Translations under genes and position numbers: made by a program
Assembly (NCBI GenBank): GCA_977030845.1
Contig: OZ365114.1
Location: 23,684,001-23,748,000 of the forward strand
Reading direction: 5' to 3'
DNA length: 64,000 nucleotides
From: Fimbriosthenelais zetlandica
Lineage: Eukaryota
Shown: positions 1-12,700 of the stretch, in pieces
Layout of the letters: every line of letters starts with the position of its first letter
Position numbering within the stretch: position 1 is the stretch's first letter
Notes under the pieces: model-generated
Told to the model about the DNA's origin: nothing
The model's input: the letters and a program-made list of their open reading frames with translations, nothing else
The model's database searches: none

Positions 1-2389
1 AGGAAGGTTTTAAAAAATAAACTATGAAATAAAGAGGGCATAAAAAAAAACATTTTTATAGTTTTCATATACAGATTGTTATTTCAGAGGCCTACAATTA
101 TTTCTCAGTTTTCCCTAGGCTAATATGGTACAAATCTTTTCAACCCCGGGTCCCAGGGGTGGTTAAACCATTCCTAGAAAATCTTCCAGATGGAGATAAA
201 CAGTACACCCTACTGGGCCACGAGCCACACTTCTTTTTAGGTCATTTCCTTGTTACCATGCACATGTCAGGGGGTTTCTTTGTGCTCGGGCAGACCTGGC
301 AATGACCTAGTGAGGAGCTCTGGGAACATCCCCTACCCATCAATCATTGTGAAGGACACGCCCTCCCATCATGACACCCCTCCCTCTCTCTGCCCCCGCC
401 TTGGTCGATACGGTGGCAGTCACCACCCACCGTCCAGGTCACGTGACCGGGAGTGATCACAGAGATGTGACAGATGATCTGACAGAGTGTGACACGTCCC
501 AGAGACGAGAACATGGTGTGCCTCGCGTGGACACTTAGTAAACAAATGGTGAGTCTAAAGTTACACCAGCACGTGGCTGGCACTTCCTTATAAAGCAATG
601 ATCTACACTCCACGGAAATCATCCACAGGGGGTCGAGATGGGAGGGTGGAGGTTGGAGGCAGACAAGGAAAATATAGACGAAAGACAGAGAAAAGTTCAC
701 ATTGTCAAGACAAATAAATAAATGACCCATTGAAAATGATTCTATTTTTATATGAAAAGAAATTTATAAACCTTAATAAGAATTGCTATAAATTAAAACC
801 GAAATTAAAAATAATGAAAGGAAAAGATGGAGAAAATAAGGAATTCCTCCTTCACCTCTCTACAAAAGTCAGGAGGTCAAATTGGCCAGAAGTCAAATGC
901 CAACAACCAGCATAAGTAATGTACCACACATTCATGGCACTTTGAAAAAGGGAGAAAAGGAGAGGGTAAAATTATGATCATTCCCCGTCCATCCATTCCT
1001 TTCTAACCAGATGGCCACGGTTTGACCAGCTGCCAAAAGAGTGCATATATACATGTATGTAAAGTTGGCAGAGCAGTCATTGTTGACTGCGAGCCAGACT
1101 CACAAGGGTTGAGTGGGGGCGGCATGTGTGTGTACTCAGTGGAAAAAGGGAACTGCTCCCTGCTCACACCCTCCCCATCCCCCTGCAGCCTCCCACCCAC
1201 CAATCCTCCTCCACCTCCGCCTGCTCCAGCCTCCCATCCTGGGTCGTCCCTGACCCAGATAACACCTCCTCCAGGCAGGCAGCAGTGGAGAACACCTGGG
1301 TCAGCCTATCACTAAACATCTTCTGCTCAGGACAAAGTATCTAAAAGAAATATTTAAAGGGCTGTCGGAGAGATGGGCCAGAAATTATTGGGACAACAGA
1401 GGTGGGCGATGTGTGTGCCGGCCAAAACTTGCAGCATCAAGATCATTCGGTTACCTTAGCTCCCAGGGCAGGAGCTATATCGGTAGCATATCTATAATGT
1501 CAACTTCAATTCACACAGGAGATCTTTTACCATTCTAGGTTCCACTAATGGCTTGTTTTTTTAGAAAGAGTTGGAGCATGGTTTCTTGCCAAAGCTTCCT
1601 ATATTTCATATAGAAATCATCCATCTTCATGAAATGATAGTCTGGTAGGAATCCTCAGACAAATTAACAGCGTGTTAATAAAGGTAATACACACTATATC
1701 TCTGATACACTGTTTGAAGTTTATACTTCGGGATCTCAACAAGTCTGAAAAGATCCAACCAGTGGAAAAAAACAGAGAAGATAGCACCCAGGGATCTTTT
1801 ATTGCATCTAAAACTGAAACAGCTTAAGTTCCAGTCCAAAAAACAGGAAGCTCCCCGACACAAATCCTTCAGAGGAGCTGCTCGAAGGTTGAACAGAAAA
1901 AAAAGAAAATAAATGACCACAAGTGAATAATTGATTGCCTTCTTGACATCCATCTCTCCTGGGGTAGACTAGGTTTTCATGTATCACTGCTGTGTTCCTT
2001 ACAACTTGAACCACGCCAAAGTCCTAGACCAGAGAACTACTCAACATGATCAAATTTGCTTTGATTTTTAATTTGGTGAAAGGTCCCCAAGAGAACGGTA
2101 ATCAACAAGATTGAACTTGCTTTTATTTTAACTTCGATGACAGGCCTTCCTATTCCAGATTTATCTCACCGAAGATGCACTACTCAAGACTTACAGCAAT
2201 CGATCTTACCTAATTTACATATCCTTCTATGCGCTAAGACCATTGGTTTAAAACAATTGCAACATAAGAATAGATATTAGAGAACATTTTTATAGAGCTA
2301 TTGTTAAACTACCTAATAAAGAACGCTTATAAATGACTGTCACTCGTTTATGTATTTTTACTTGGGAATAAAATAAATTTTTGACTTAC

Positions 2390-3068
2390 CCTCCGATGCA
2401 CCTCCTTTGCTGGAGACAGTCTCAAGTCGAGTAGTGACAGCCTCGAGGCGGGCAATGAGGTTTGACAGGTCTGCAGACATCTTAGCGTTGTGACCACCTT
2501 TAGCCTGTTGTGCCTTAGCTTCAGAAAGCAAGGTCTTCCCTTCAGAAAGTAGAATATCCAGATCTGTGGATGCCTCTATACGCTGGAGGTATTCTGAGAT
2601 GGAAGCTGTTGCGGACCTATCAGGAGAAGCAGCCTTAGTTGTAACTACCTGACCAGGGGCTATCTTAACGGGAGAGGATGCCTTGCCCTTTTCTGGTGAT
2701 TTTCTGGTCGGGGAAGTTGCCTTTTGAGGCGAGGGGTCCCTGACTGGGGAGGGTTGTTTCTTTTTGGGGGATTCTTTGGTAGGAGATGGGGATTTAGAGG
2801 GGGACTTTCGGGGGGACCCTTTGGTGGGACTTGGGGTTCTCTTGGTAGGGGAGCCTTTTGGGGGGTTAGCTTCAGCAGTAGTGGCCCTCTCTTCAAGGAT
2901 TACCTCATCAGGGGTGGCAGCAGTATTACCAATGGATTGTCCATTTGTATGCGTTTCAGTAGGTGGCGGGGTCTTGGACTTAGTATTGTGGGCGTTTGCT
3001 TCGTTGGGTGGAGACTTCCTCTGGTCTTTCTCATTGGGTGAGGGTGGACGCTTACGACAACATAACAT
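2390..3068 (-). CDS. CAP: First coding exon of adenylyl cyclase-associated protein (CAP/Srv2 family). Canonical start MSADLSNLIARLEAVTTRLE at 2480, preceded in frame by a 196-aa extension from ATG 3068. Gene continues left of the window.
   Basis: Translation contains the CAP N-terminal RLE motif twice (LIARLEAVTTRLE). Strong donor GAGG|GTAAGT at 2390/2389, phase 1. No further CAP-like exon recognised in 1-2389. Confidence 0.85.
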
Positions 3069-6000
3069 TGTCACAATCCAGGTGTGTGCAGTGGTGGAAG
3101 TGGTGGTGGTGCAAAAGGTGAACTACCAGATAGCTTATAGTAATGGTCGTGTCTCTCACTCGATCCTCAGCATGAGGGGTCAACTGGTCATGAGATTTCA
3201 CTTCAGGATGTAAGAGCACTTTAATACTGTTCAATAAGGGGATCTCTCCACAGAGGACTATTGTACCAAGCTGCGAGCTTAACTAGGTCCTTGCTGCCTG
3301 TATGACAACACGACATCGTCAGCAAATTCCAGCAAAGGAAAGGAAAAGAAAACGGAAGAAAAAGATGTCCATCAATATTAATCCATCCTGCTCTCAATAA
3401 TCTTTGAGGTATACTAAAGACATCATTAGGGATTGTTAAGTCACAACCTGGTGTGCTATTCAAACAACTGTCTAAGGGAAAAGGGACTTAGGAAAATACA
3501 AAAGACCAACTGGTTATAGTTCTAGTGTCACAAACAAGAGTGGTGCTAAAAAAAATTTTTATTTCAATAAGATATGAAATATATAATTATAGGTCTGACC
3601 TTTCAGATTCTTTTCCAAAAATTCTATGTTCAGTTTATCGAATTCCAGATGCAAATTGCACCAACAGTCCGTCAACCATTGGTCAAGCTAGCATGGCTAA
3701 TAAATTAACTAGAAAACTTCTAAATTAAATAAATGTTCACTCTTGCATGACACCAGCTGTTTTTTTTTTAAATTTTGTTCTGGAAACATACACGTTTGTA
3801 TCAAAATGTGAGAAAGGTCAAACATTAAGAGAAAAGACCACTGCATGACAAAATTGAAAACCTCTCATTCAACTAGCTAGACCGACACAACAAGACAATG
3901 GTCGGGGTAAAGAGTAACACACACAGACCAATGAAAACCTGTCATTCCACTATCTAGACAAATGGAAAGTATAGAGCACACGGACACACAGTTTTGTTTT
4001 CTATTGGATTAATGTAGTGTGTATTCCTGTGAATCTAGGATTAGCAAGTGTAGCTGCAATGGTATTTACATGTGTTTGTGTAGATGTTTTTATATTAATT
4101 TTGAAGCAGCCAAGTTCTTAGTGCTTTCTCTTCTATACCCAGATTAAACTGCTGAAGATCTATATTAGCACACTATACCATTTCTTTACAATATTTCCCC
4201 CCACTCATCCTGCAATTTTCTAAGCTCATCATGAACCCTGAGGGAAGGTAAATGATCTAAGAAAGCACTTATGGCAGCAGAATTGAACTGTAGGATTAGC
4301 AAGGACCAGAGAGCACCAGTGGTGTAAAGGTGTAGCACAACTGGAAAAGGGGTGTACCCAAAACAAGAATAATTCCTCGCGCACCCAAAGTACTGGGACA
4401 GAAGTGAGAGACGTGACCAGAGGGTATTAGGGACTATTTATAATATATTCATCAACATACCAGATGTCTGAAATGAAAACTTGTCAACAAAAATGGCTTT
4501 AAAGAATTTAACCTATTAATTTCTCCACACCTTCCCACCAAGGCCAACAGCCCAGTGGATCATAGAGGGGTAAGGGACGGGTTTAAAATTGGACCAGAAA
4601 GAGGGCACTTGGCAAGGGGTGTTTTTAAGGATTGGGGACCAAGGTATTCCCGGTAGAAAGAAATATTTCATCAAAGTTCTTAAAATTGTTTTAGCTTAAG
4701 TTCAAACTTACATGTGTATATTACAGATCTATATTGTATATTTGTCTCACTTCAGACATTTATCTCTACTTAGCTTAAAGATTTTAACTGGACATTACAG
4801 CTCTCTCCAAGAAAAATATTTAAATAGTACGAACTTAACTAAGGTATGTACCACCTCAGAAAAATAGAATTTATGACTTCAGAGTCACAAGACATAAGTT
4901 TCTTTTCAAATTTCCAGGGTTATTAAGCTATTATTTTACATAACTTAACATAATGTGATTTGCATTCGGTAGGAAAGAACTGGTCAAGCGTTAGATGCAG
5001 GCCAGAAAGAGAGAAATCTAGTGAGGTTTTGGAAAGAGCTGGAAAGCCAGAGGCAAAGCTAGAAATGTGATCATAACAGCTGCTTCACCATGCAGACGAA
5101 AGACCTTGAACTATATGATTAATATAGAAGTCAACTCTAGTGATAGATCACTAAACTCTAGAGGATGTCATCATATGGATGTGTTGTATACACATGTAAT
5201 TAGCATGCCTTTATATATACTCTACATCTATTGAAGAAAACAATTCTATCACATCGTTAAATAGATTTAAAAACATGCATGATTATGTAATCATTTTAAA
5301 TACAAAGCAATGACTACTTGAGTATATATTTTCTAGATCTTATATAATTACGATTTCATGAAACAGTAATAATCATTTTAGTGCAGTGATAAGTTGACAG
5401 TGCTATATCATATTGTGCAAAGTGGTGAATACTGAAATGATATTTCATAAATGGTTCTAAAACGTTACCTCATAGTTATTTTCGATAAGGAAAATGACAG
5501 AAGTATTAAAACTCTTTTCAGGTGATATCATTTCAAGTGTAAGCACGAAATTTTGAAAGCCAATACAGCGCGAGAAGGAAGCCTAAATTTAACCCTAAAT
5601 TTAAGACTTCCACAAGCATACGGTACTGCTAAAATGTTTTAATTAAGCTCCGACATGAACAACACCATTTTCTAAAATTGTCTGGGAAAGATATACAATT
5701 CAGTGTCTGGTAGGAACAATCGGATACCTGGTATCGATTAGGCCTAGTATGAATACAAAATGTTATGTTAATAAATTTGCCGGATCTCAAGTCAAGCCTC
5801 AAAAACGCGTCAAAGAAAAAGGATTTCATATGAAATGAATACAGACACGGTAAAATAATGGCACCTGTCTGTCATGGCAAAGTCCTATGTCTATGCATTA
5901 GAAATTAGCCGGCGAATAAATTCAAGATTGTCCATTGTCTCCTTTCTATGTTGGAGTAGACAATGCTAATTGTTATTGAATGCAAATAAATACTACACCA

Positions 6001-6396
6001 GACAGCAATATCAGAGGATTATCAAGACCTACTTGCCTCATATTGGGAAAAAGGCAACTCCTCCTTCAGACTCCACAGGTATATCTTTCCCACGTTAAGA
6101 TTTTGACTTGAGAACACAAAACCCGGAAATGCTTTGCTCTACGAGTCACATCTGTGTCAAAACTGGGGCGGAACTGTCAAACGGTGTGTCATGTGCTAAT
6201 TTCACGATGTTTCTACAATTTACATACGGTTCTGAGGCTCCTACGAGCATAATTCCACAAGGTTTTCACCTTGGTGGGTCCAAGAAACGATACAGAATGC
6301 ATATATTTATACAGGGTTTTCGAATTTTCCAATCTTTACTAAATATGGCCATTCATTTCTAACCGGCGAATGAGGTAAGGCGTAAACAACATGGGG

Positions 6397-6630
6397 GCGG
6401 CCATCTTGGATGAGCTGACCTAGCCGTGGTAAAGTCTACTTCAGACACGAATTCGAACACTTAACGGAGCAACAATGATCCAAAATGGGTCCCTACCGTT
6501 ACCGAAACAACTATCACTCACTTCAGATTGCTTTTAGTCTTTGTACAGAGCTAAGAACACCGTAAAACCTACCTTTTCCTTGTAGTGTTTGAATCCTGTT
6601 TATCCCTTTAGAGGGCGTGGCTGACCGGAA
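6397..6630. promoter_or_regulatory. Promoter-like module (YY1-type motif, GC-box, ETS core); candidate CAP promoter or a mobile-element promoter
   Basis: GGCGGCCATCTTGG 6397-6409 (AAGATGGCCGCC on minus), GGGCGTGG 6613-6620, CCGGAA 6625-6630. Motif matches only. Confidence 0.3.
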
Positions 6631-9600
6631 CAGGAAATAGATGATGGGATGTTGACCTAGTTTTAGATTCCCGCCAGAGCAGACGAAATTTCTGCTCAGC
6701 CAGCAGTTTGGTACCGAAGGCAACTGTCTGTGTAGCGTACTTATAGCATGAATCAACGATGGAATGATGATAAAAACTGTCCGTGTTCTTATTATAAGAT
6801 TATTTCCAAAGTACATGGCTTTCTGAGTCTCTTTATGTAGGTAGCCTACTGAGTAGGCCTAGGCTACGTGGGTAGGACCTGGGAGGGACCAGGGCAGTGG
6901 CCTATGGAACGTCAAATGTAGCCCTATTCAAAATATCTATCTGAAGCATAGACTGCGTGCCTTTAATAATAATACCGGTATTGCCTTATTTCTTAGAGAA
7001 TTATAGGCCAATGTCCAAGGCATAATAAAGAAAAAAAGATCAAAAAAGCATCCCTTGAGTTGAAATCCTTGAAACCAGAGCCTAGACCTAGGACTTAGGC
7101 TATAGTCGGATGAGATAGGCCCCTACCGGTAATTTAAAACTTAGGCGTATAATTCGTGAATATTTTTCTCTTAAATTATGCCATGGAAATTAAGTTCTAC
7201 GCTGATTGATACATCTATTTGTCAGGTCTATAGCCTTGGCCTAACATTCACAATGGATTTTATTCACACAGAGAAAAAAAACTATCATGTTCTGGTTTCT
7301 CCAGCGACTCACCTTTATTATAGGATCAACTCGCCTTTATTATAGGACTAATTATTTTTACATGATGCAATTAAACATTAAATGTACCGTAGAACGGGCA
7401 CTAGTAACTGATTTTTGATAATTCTTAGCCTAGGCCTATAGGATACGTCAATATGTCTACCTTTCACAAATGAGACTAATTTGACATTTAGGCTTAGGCC
7501 TAATTCACATGCATGCATCCTGCAACCCTTGTAAAAACTATTATTCTGGTCCACATGCATTTAAATTACCGTAAGTGAACAAATAGAATATTATATAGGC
7601 CTACAATTTGTTTTTGAAATCAATTAATATAGTGGCAGCAGCTAACCATAAACTTAGGCCTAGGCCTACATTAATTACATTTATCAAACAGTCAACGTAC
7701 CTCATAATAATGTTGGTAGATTTATTATAATTTACTAGAGGAGTTACAAAATAAATTAACATTGTGAATACTATTGGTGTCTGTAGTTGCTTCTTCTGTT
7801 CAGAGTTTACTATAATCCTCAATGTGTGCTGGTTGACACATCATGACGACCACCTAAACCAACAGCAATGGAGATGAGCAGCTTCACTGAAATCAATCAT
7901 ATTGAATTTAAATATTAAAAGTTCAATGTGTAGGCCTAATTAAAGTAGGATGAGGTTAACAAGTTATTAAAGTAAACCTTCATCCCACCAAAAGCCGAGG
8001 AATAACTAATGGTTTGGGCCTCCTCCGTCGAGGGTTCGAGATGTCTTTTTTTCTAAACTAAAGAGTGAAAAATAAGACATCTTCCCTCGGCTACCGGCCT
8101 ATTATGTAACGTGGAGAAGGGGTCTGAAGTGGGCATTTGTAGGCCTCTATGGGCCTAGTAGCTAAAACATTTTATATTATTATTTAATAGATTCTCAAAT
8201 CAGTGTTTCAATAAGGTGCCTATACAATAATGAAAAAAATACAATCCATCAGTTAATAGACTATTGTTCATATACACATGTATTCTTAATAAAATCCTAT
8301 TAAACAGATATTAAATATATCTGTAAAGGCTCACTGTACCTACTAACTCATATAGACGTTGGATTTCGATTTCAAAATGCCCAGACCATACGAAAGTAAA
8401 CATATAATCTACACTGTCTATAGGCCTAAACTAAAATTACAACATATCTCAAATAAATTGTAATAATTATTTGATCTCTTCATGAGAATATTGAAATATT
8501 ATTTCATAAAGACCCTTTGGTAACAGTTCCAAAACAAAAGCAAATTGAGAAATCAAACGCATGCATACATATTCAACATCACTCTTGAAGCCAATCAATC
8601 ATCTTCATTTAATTTGATTTAAATAAACAGTGAAATAAATTATATTCCTAACCAGTTAAGATTCGATCAATGTAAACTAAAGTCAAACCCCAATTCTAGT
8701 TAAATAATTATGAGAATATTGAAATCCGATTGGAATCCAACTGAAACTAAATCTCCATGGTCGAAAACCAAACAGAAGCTGTTAAGATCTAACCTTCACA
8801 ATCAACATTCATATCAAACTAATAATTCTAAAAATCACAAGTCTAAAATTCCTAAATCTGTCCTTCTCCAGGATATCAGAATATTCCTCGACAAAGTATT
8901 TCATCATCAAGCATATAATATCCTGAAAATGAATCCAAATCAACTCCCTATCCTTCGTACAAGTCCAACAAAACAAAGCAACTAATTATTCTGAAAATCA
9001 ACAATTATTCAGCTCCAATTCCTAAATCTGACTTCCCCAAATTAATAGTCCTACCTCAATCTATTGTCGGACACAGCTAATCCTAAGCTGAGCTATTCTG
9101 AAAAAATTACACAGAGAAATAAACACCAACCTCTTAGTCCAGTGGTCAAACTTCCCGCCAATGTTAGAACCGCTTTGGGTGTAGGCCTAGGCCTATATGG
9201 CTTCGAAGGTTACGACCAAGCTACTTCGGGCTTTCTAACCTCTTTTTTTGTCAAACTTATTAAATGAATATCTTTTTTATCCCTTTATATATGGATCCCA
9301 AATAAATGCATTTGAACAAAAAATGATGTAATATTGTGAAGGTTGATTGAAAATAGTGAGAGAATTAGAATAGGGGAAAACGCCACCAGTGGGGAATATG
9401 GAAACTAACGGCCAAGATGGCCGACGGAAACACCAATATATTTATCAAGGGAGCCTTAGCACTAATCACTAATATCAGGAAAATATGGATAATAAAACAC
9501 AAGGATACACTCCACCGTTGATTGAAATATTATTCCAGATACAAATGGATGGTTGATGGACTATAGCTACTAGGCCCATTGGCCTAATCTAGGATAAATA

Positions 9601-9745
9601 TTATCTATAGGCGCGCGTAGACATAGGCAATATGAAAGGGTAGGCCTTAAATTTCGTTATATAGGCCTAAGCCTAGGCTACATGTACATATCACTCATAA
9701 GTTTATATTATTGCATACCGGGAAAGATGAGACGGGATGAAGGTG

Positions 9746-9792
9746 TCTCTCTCTCCCTTTCTCTCTCTCACTCTTCCTCTCTCTCTCACTCT
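9746..9792. repeat. Imperfect (CT)n microsatellite
   Basis: tctctctctccctttctctctctcactcttcctctctctctcactct read directly. Confidence 0.9.
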
Positions 9793-12700
9793 GTAGGCCT
9801 TGGCTATTATATTCATGAATCTGATGGATATGGCAGGTCCCTTGCAACCAGGAAAATAAAATGTGATCAATTTATAAACCCAAACACTCAAGAAATACAA
9901 GTATATATACTGGGTAGTATAGGCTACACTGGGTATAGGCTACACTGGGCAGAAATAGGCTACTAGAGAGAAATATTTATAAGAAGCTGCATGAATGGAA
10001 CAAAATTCATAGCCTACATAGCCTACGGCAAGAAAGTCGATGACAAGTCTGATATGCGTGAATCATTCATCATTAGCAAGGATGCGAGATAACACCTCAG
10101 GACTGCTGGCTTCACAACAGAGATGGCCATCAGTGTCTGCTCCTCGGTGTCTGCTGAGCAGCTCATGCTTTAGTTTGTTTCCCATCATCAGAGCAAGCCG
10201 TGGTCCCTGCTACAAAAGAAAATAAATGTCCAATGGTGCACATAGTTTGAGTGTAACATAGAATAGGCCTAGGTTACCCTAGGCTATGACTAATTATTAA
10301 ACTCCATCAGTCTATATTTCTTAATGTGGTAATTCTACTTTTCTTAGTTATGAGGGAACCCAGATAGAAATTGACCCCCTCTGCTTCTAGCAGTGTAGGC
10401 TACAAGGTCGTGCTGGCTGGCTGAGAGCTCAGCTCCACTCAGACGAGACATCCATCACCCACAATCTAATATATGTAATTGATCCTCAAATGAGCAGAAT
10501 CAAACGGACATTGACGCTTATTGAGGACAATGATCTAGCTGGCAGATCTATGAATCGGCATGCAGGCCTTTTAATACCCACCTGCCTTTTTTCTGAATTC
10601 CCTCTGTCCCAAATCACCGCCTGTAGGCTACAGTAACTATGTAACCTATGTCTACAAGTGAAAAAATTGTCGTTTTGAAAATATTATCATAGTAGTACCC
10701 TGGGGCATGGAGACCACAGAGCTTGTAAAGAGGCTTATAGGCCTAAGCTCTTTGTTATGACTTAATGTCTTAATCTCTGGTAATCTAGGCCTATTATCAA
10801 TTGGACCTGTCATGACACTTAATGTCTGATATATTTAGAAATTATAGTTCAAATAAGCGTCATTACCTTTACAAACAGAATATCAATTTTAATATTTACG
10901 AGATGTAGTTTTGACTTTCACCACTTTGCCGGACCGACTGGCTTCAAAATTAATGATGAACTTATGGCAGTAGTCTATATACAAACGATGTTTTTTTTCA
11001 TCCTCTGGAGGAATGACTTGATCGTTCAAGCTAAGACAGAAGTGAAGCAGAACTTCAGCCCCATCCAGTGTAGGCATGGCCTGGTTTAAGAAAAAAGATA
11101 CTAATTATAATGTGAGCAGGTTACAAATTTGGTAAGACCATAAATTTCACTCAAAGTTATCCTTGCATGGGAAGAGGTTTCTGACCCAATCTATATTGCT
11201 ATATGCCAGCCTCATGTTCCAGAGTATTCTTACTTCACAAGTGCCGAGAAAACAATACCAGGTAGAAAAGCAAAGTGAAAGAAGAAAGTGGTGATTAATG
11301 TCTTCAAAGGACTGAGTAGATATGGGGATTGCTCATCACTCTTCCACGGCCCCTACTTAAACGCCAGCTAGCACCACTATCTGTCACCATTCTTAATCCC
11401 TTTTCAAATTGAGTCTGATTTCCCTGTGATCGATCGGATCTGAATATACATCCGAGTAGGCAAAAATGCAGACTTTTCTCTCGTTAAATGCAGCGCATAT
11501 TATACAGTAAGTTCTCAGGTCAATTAGGGCACTTTTCGCAGGATGTATAGAGACAATTCACAAACTCGTGGAAAGCAGGCAGACATGGAGCCTGTTTGCA
11601 TGCATGGCCATGTGTTGCCAATGCGTTTTGTAAATATATTAGATTTTGTACACGACCCATCAAAATATTTACCCTGATAATATGGTTGCAGTGTTCTTGA
11701 TATCTTCTAGATATCACACTCGTTGTATACATAAGATCTGGGTCAATAGTGTGGATACATATGGCAGTTTCATTCGAGATGGTACATACAGAATTCATAA
11801 AAGCATTTTTGGTGGGTAGCCTACCATAGAATTTAATTGTTATAAAGTCGAACATGACTATTTCATAAGTGTATTTGTACAATCCATTCAAAAAATATTT
11901 TCAAGATGTGAAAATTCAAATAATAATGGTTCTGTGCAAAAATACTTGCACGAATATACATCGTTACCAATAGTTTTGACATGACACTGATGAATGAATT
12001 TTATCCATACATTGTGCAAGGAATGTGCAAAAATGTCTGATGTCTGAAAATGCAAATTTGCTTTTTGACAGACCAGCCATGCAAGCGTTGAAAAGTAAGG
12101 AGTTGGGAAGAACTAGATCCAGGGATACATCTTGAATGAATAGGAAACCATGTTGACTTGCAGGAGAGAAAACTCTGACGTTCGATGCCAGGGTTTAATG
12201 ATTCCGATTCCCAGAGAAAAAAAAACAACAAAACGTCCAATGATTCCTGCCTGTCCCAGACTCCAAAAAGCCTGATGAACAGGTAGAAGAATATTTCTTT
12301 GGATACAAACTCCAAAATGAAATTTTCTCTTAACGGCATAATTTCCAGGGAAAAGTACCCTTATGACAGGTCTAAATCCTAGTCAAAAAGCAAGGAAACT
12401 GTAGAAAAAAAGAGTATGAAAACATTATATATTTATTCTCGAGAATTTACATAGGCCCACAGGCAGGCCAAATGGAGGGGAGCAGATCCCATCTGTGACG
12501 GGTATAAGAGATCCGAGATGCATTTGTCACAACAAAGCTGGCACTGACGCGCCACCACGCGGCCGAGTAACGAGGCATAATGCTGGCAAATACAGCAGAT
12601 CTCATCATCTACATCTGCACACTTCCTCCTCGGCCAGCTGCATTACGGATAACCCCATTACAACTTTATGAAAACTGCAGTTGGATAAGATAAAAGTACT

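Noticed and set aside
1022-1315. Plus-strand ORF with PPPPPP, resembling the CAP polyproline region
   Set aside because: Wrong strand for CAP, no CAP motifs; explained by a C-rich low-complexity intronic tract.
1675-1880. Phase-compatible NAGNAG acceptor (1881/1878) and open frame as an alternative terminal CAP exon
   Set aside because: Translation is not CAP-like and the only nearby AATAAA lies inside the frame before the stop; unsupported without RNA data.
4313-4345. tRNA-like 5' half (GCACCAGTGGTGTAAAGGTGTAGCAC)
   Set aside because: No B-box, T-arm or acceptor-stem partner follows; at most a decayed SINE head.
7993-8093. Imperfect inverted repeat (agccgagg...agatgtctt / aagacatct...cctcggct) as a miRNA or structured RNA
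   Set aside because: Arms are interrupted by a large asymmetric insert and match no miRNA I recognise; more likely a MITE remnant.
6399-9423. 12-bp inverted match CGGCCATCTTGG / CCAAGATGGCCG as transposon TIRs
   Set aside because: Similarity does not extend into the flanks; both are simply YY1-type motifs.
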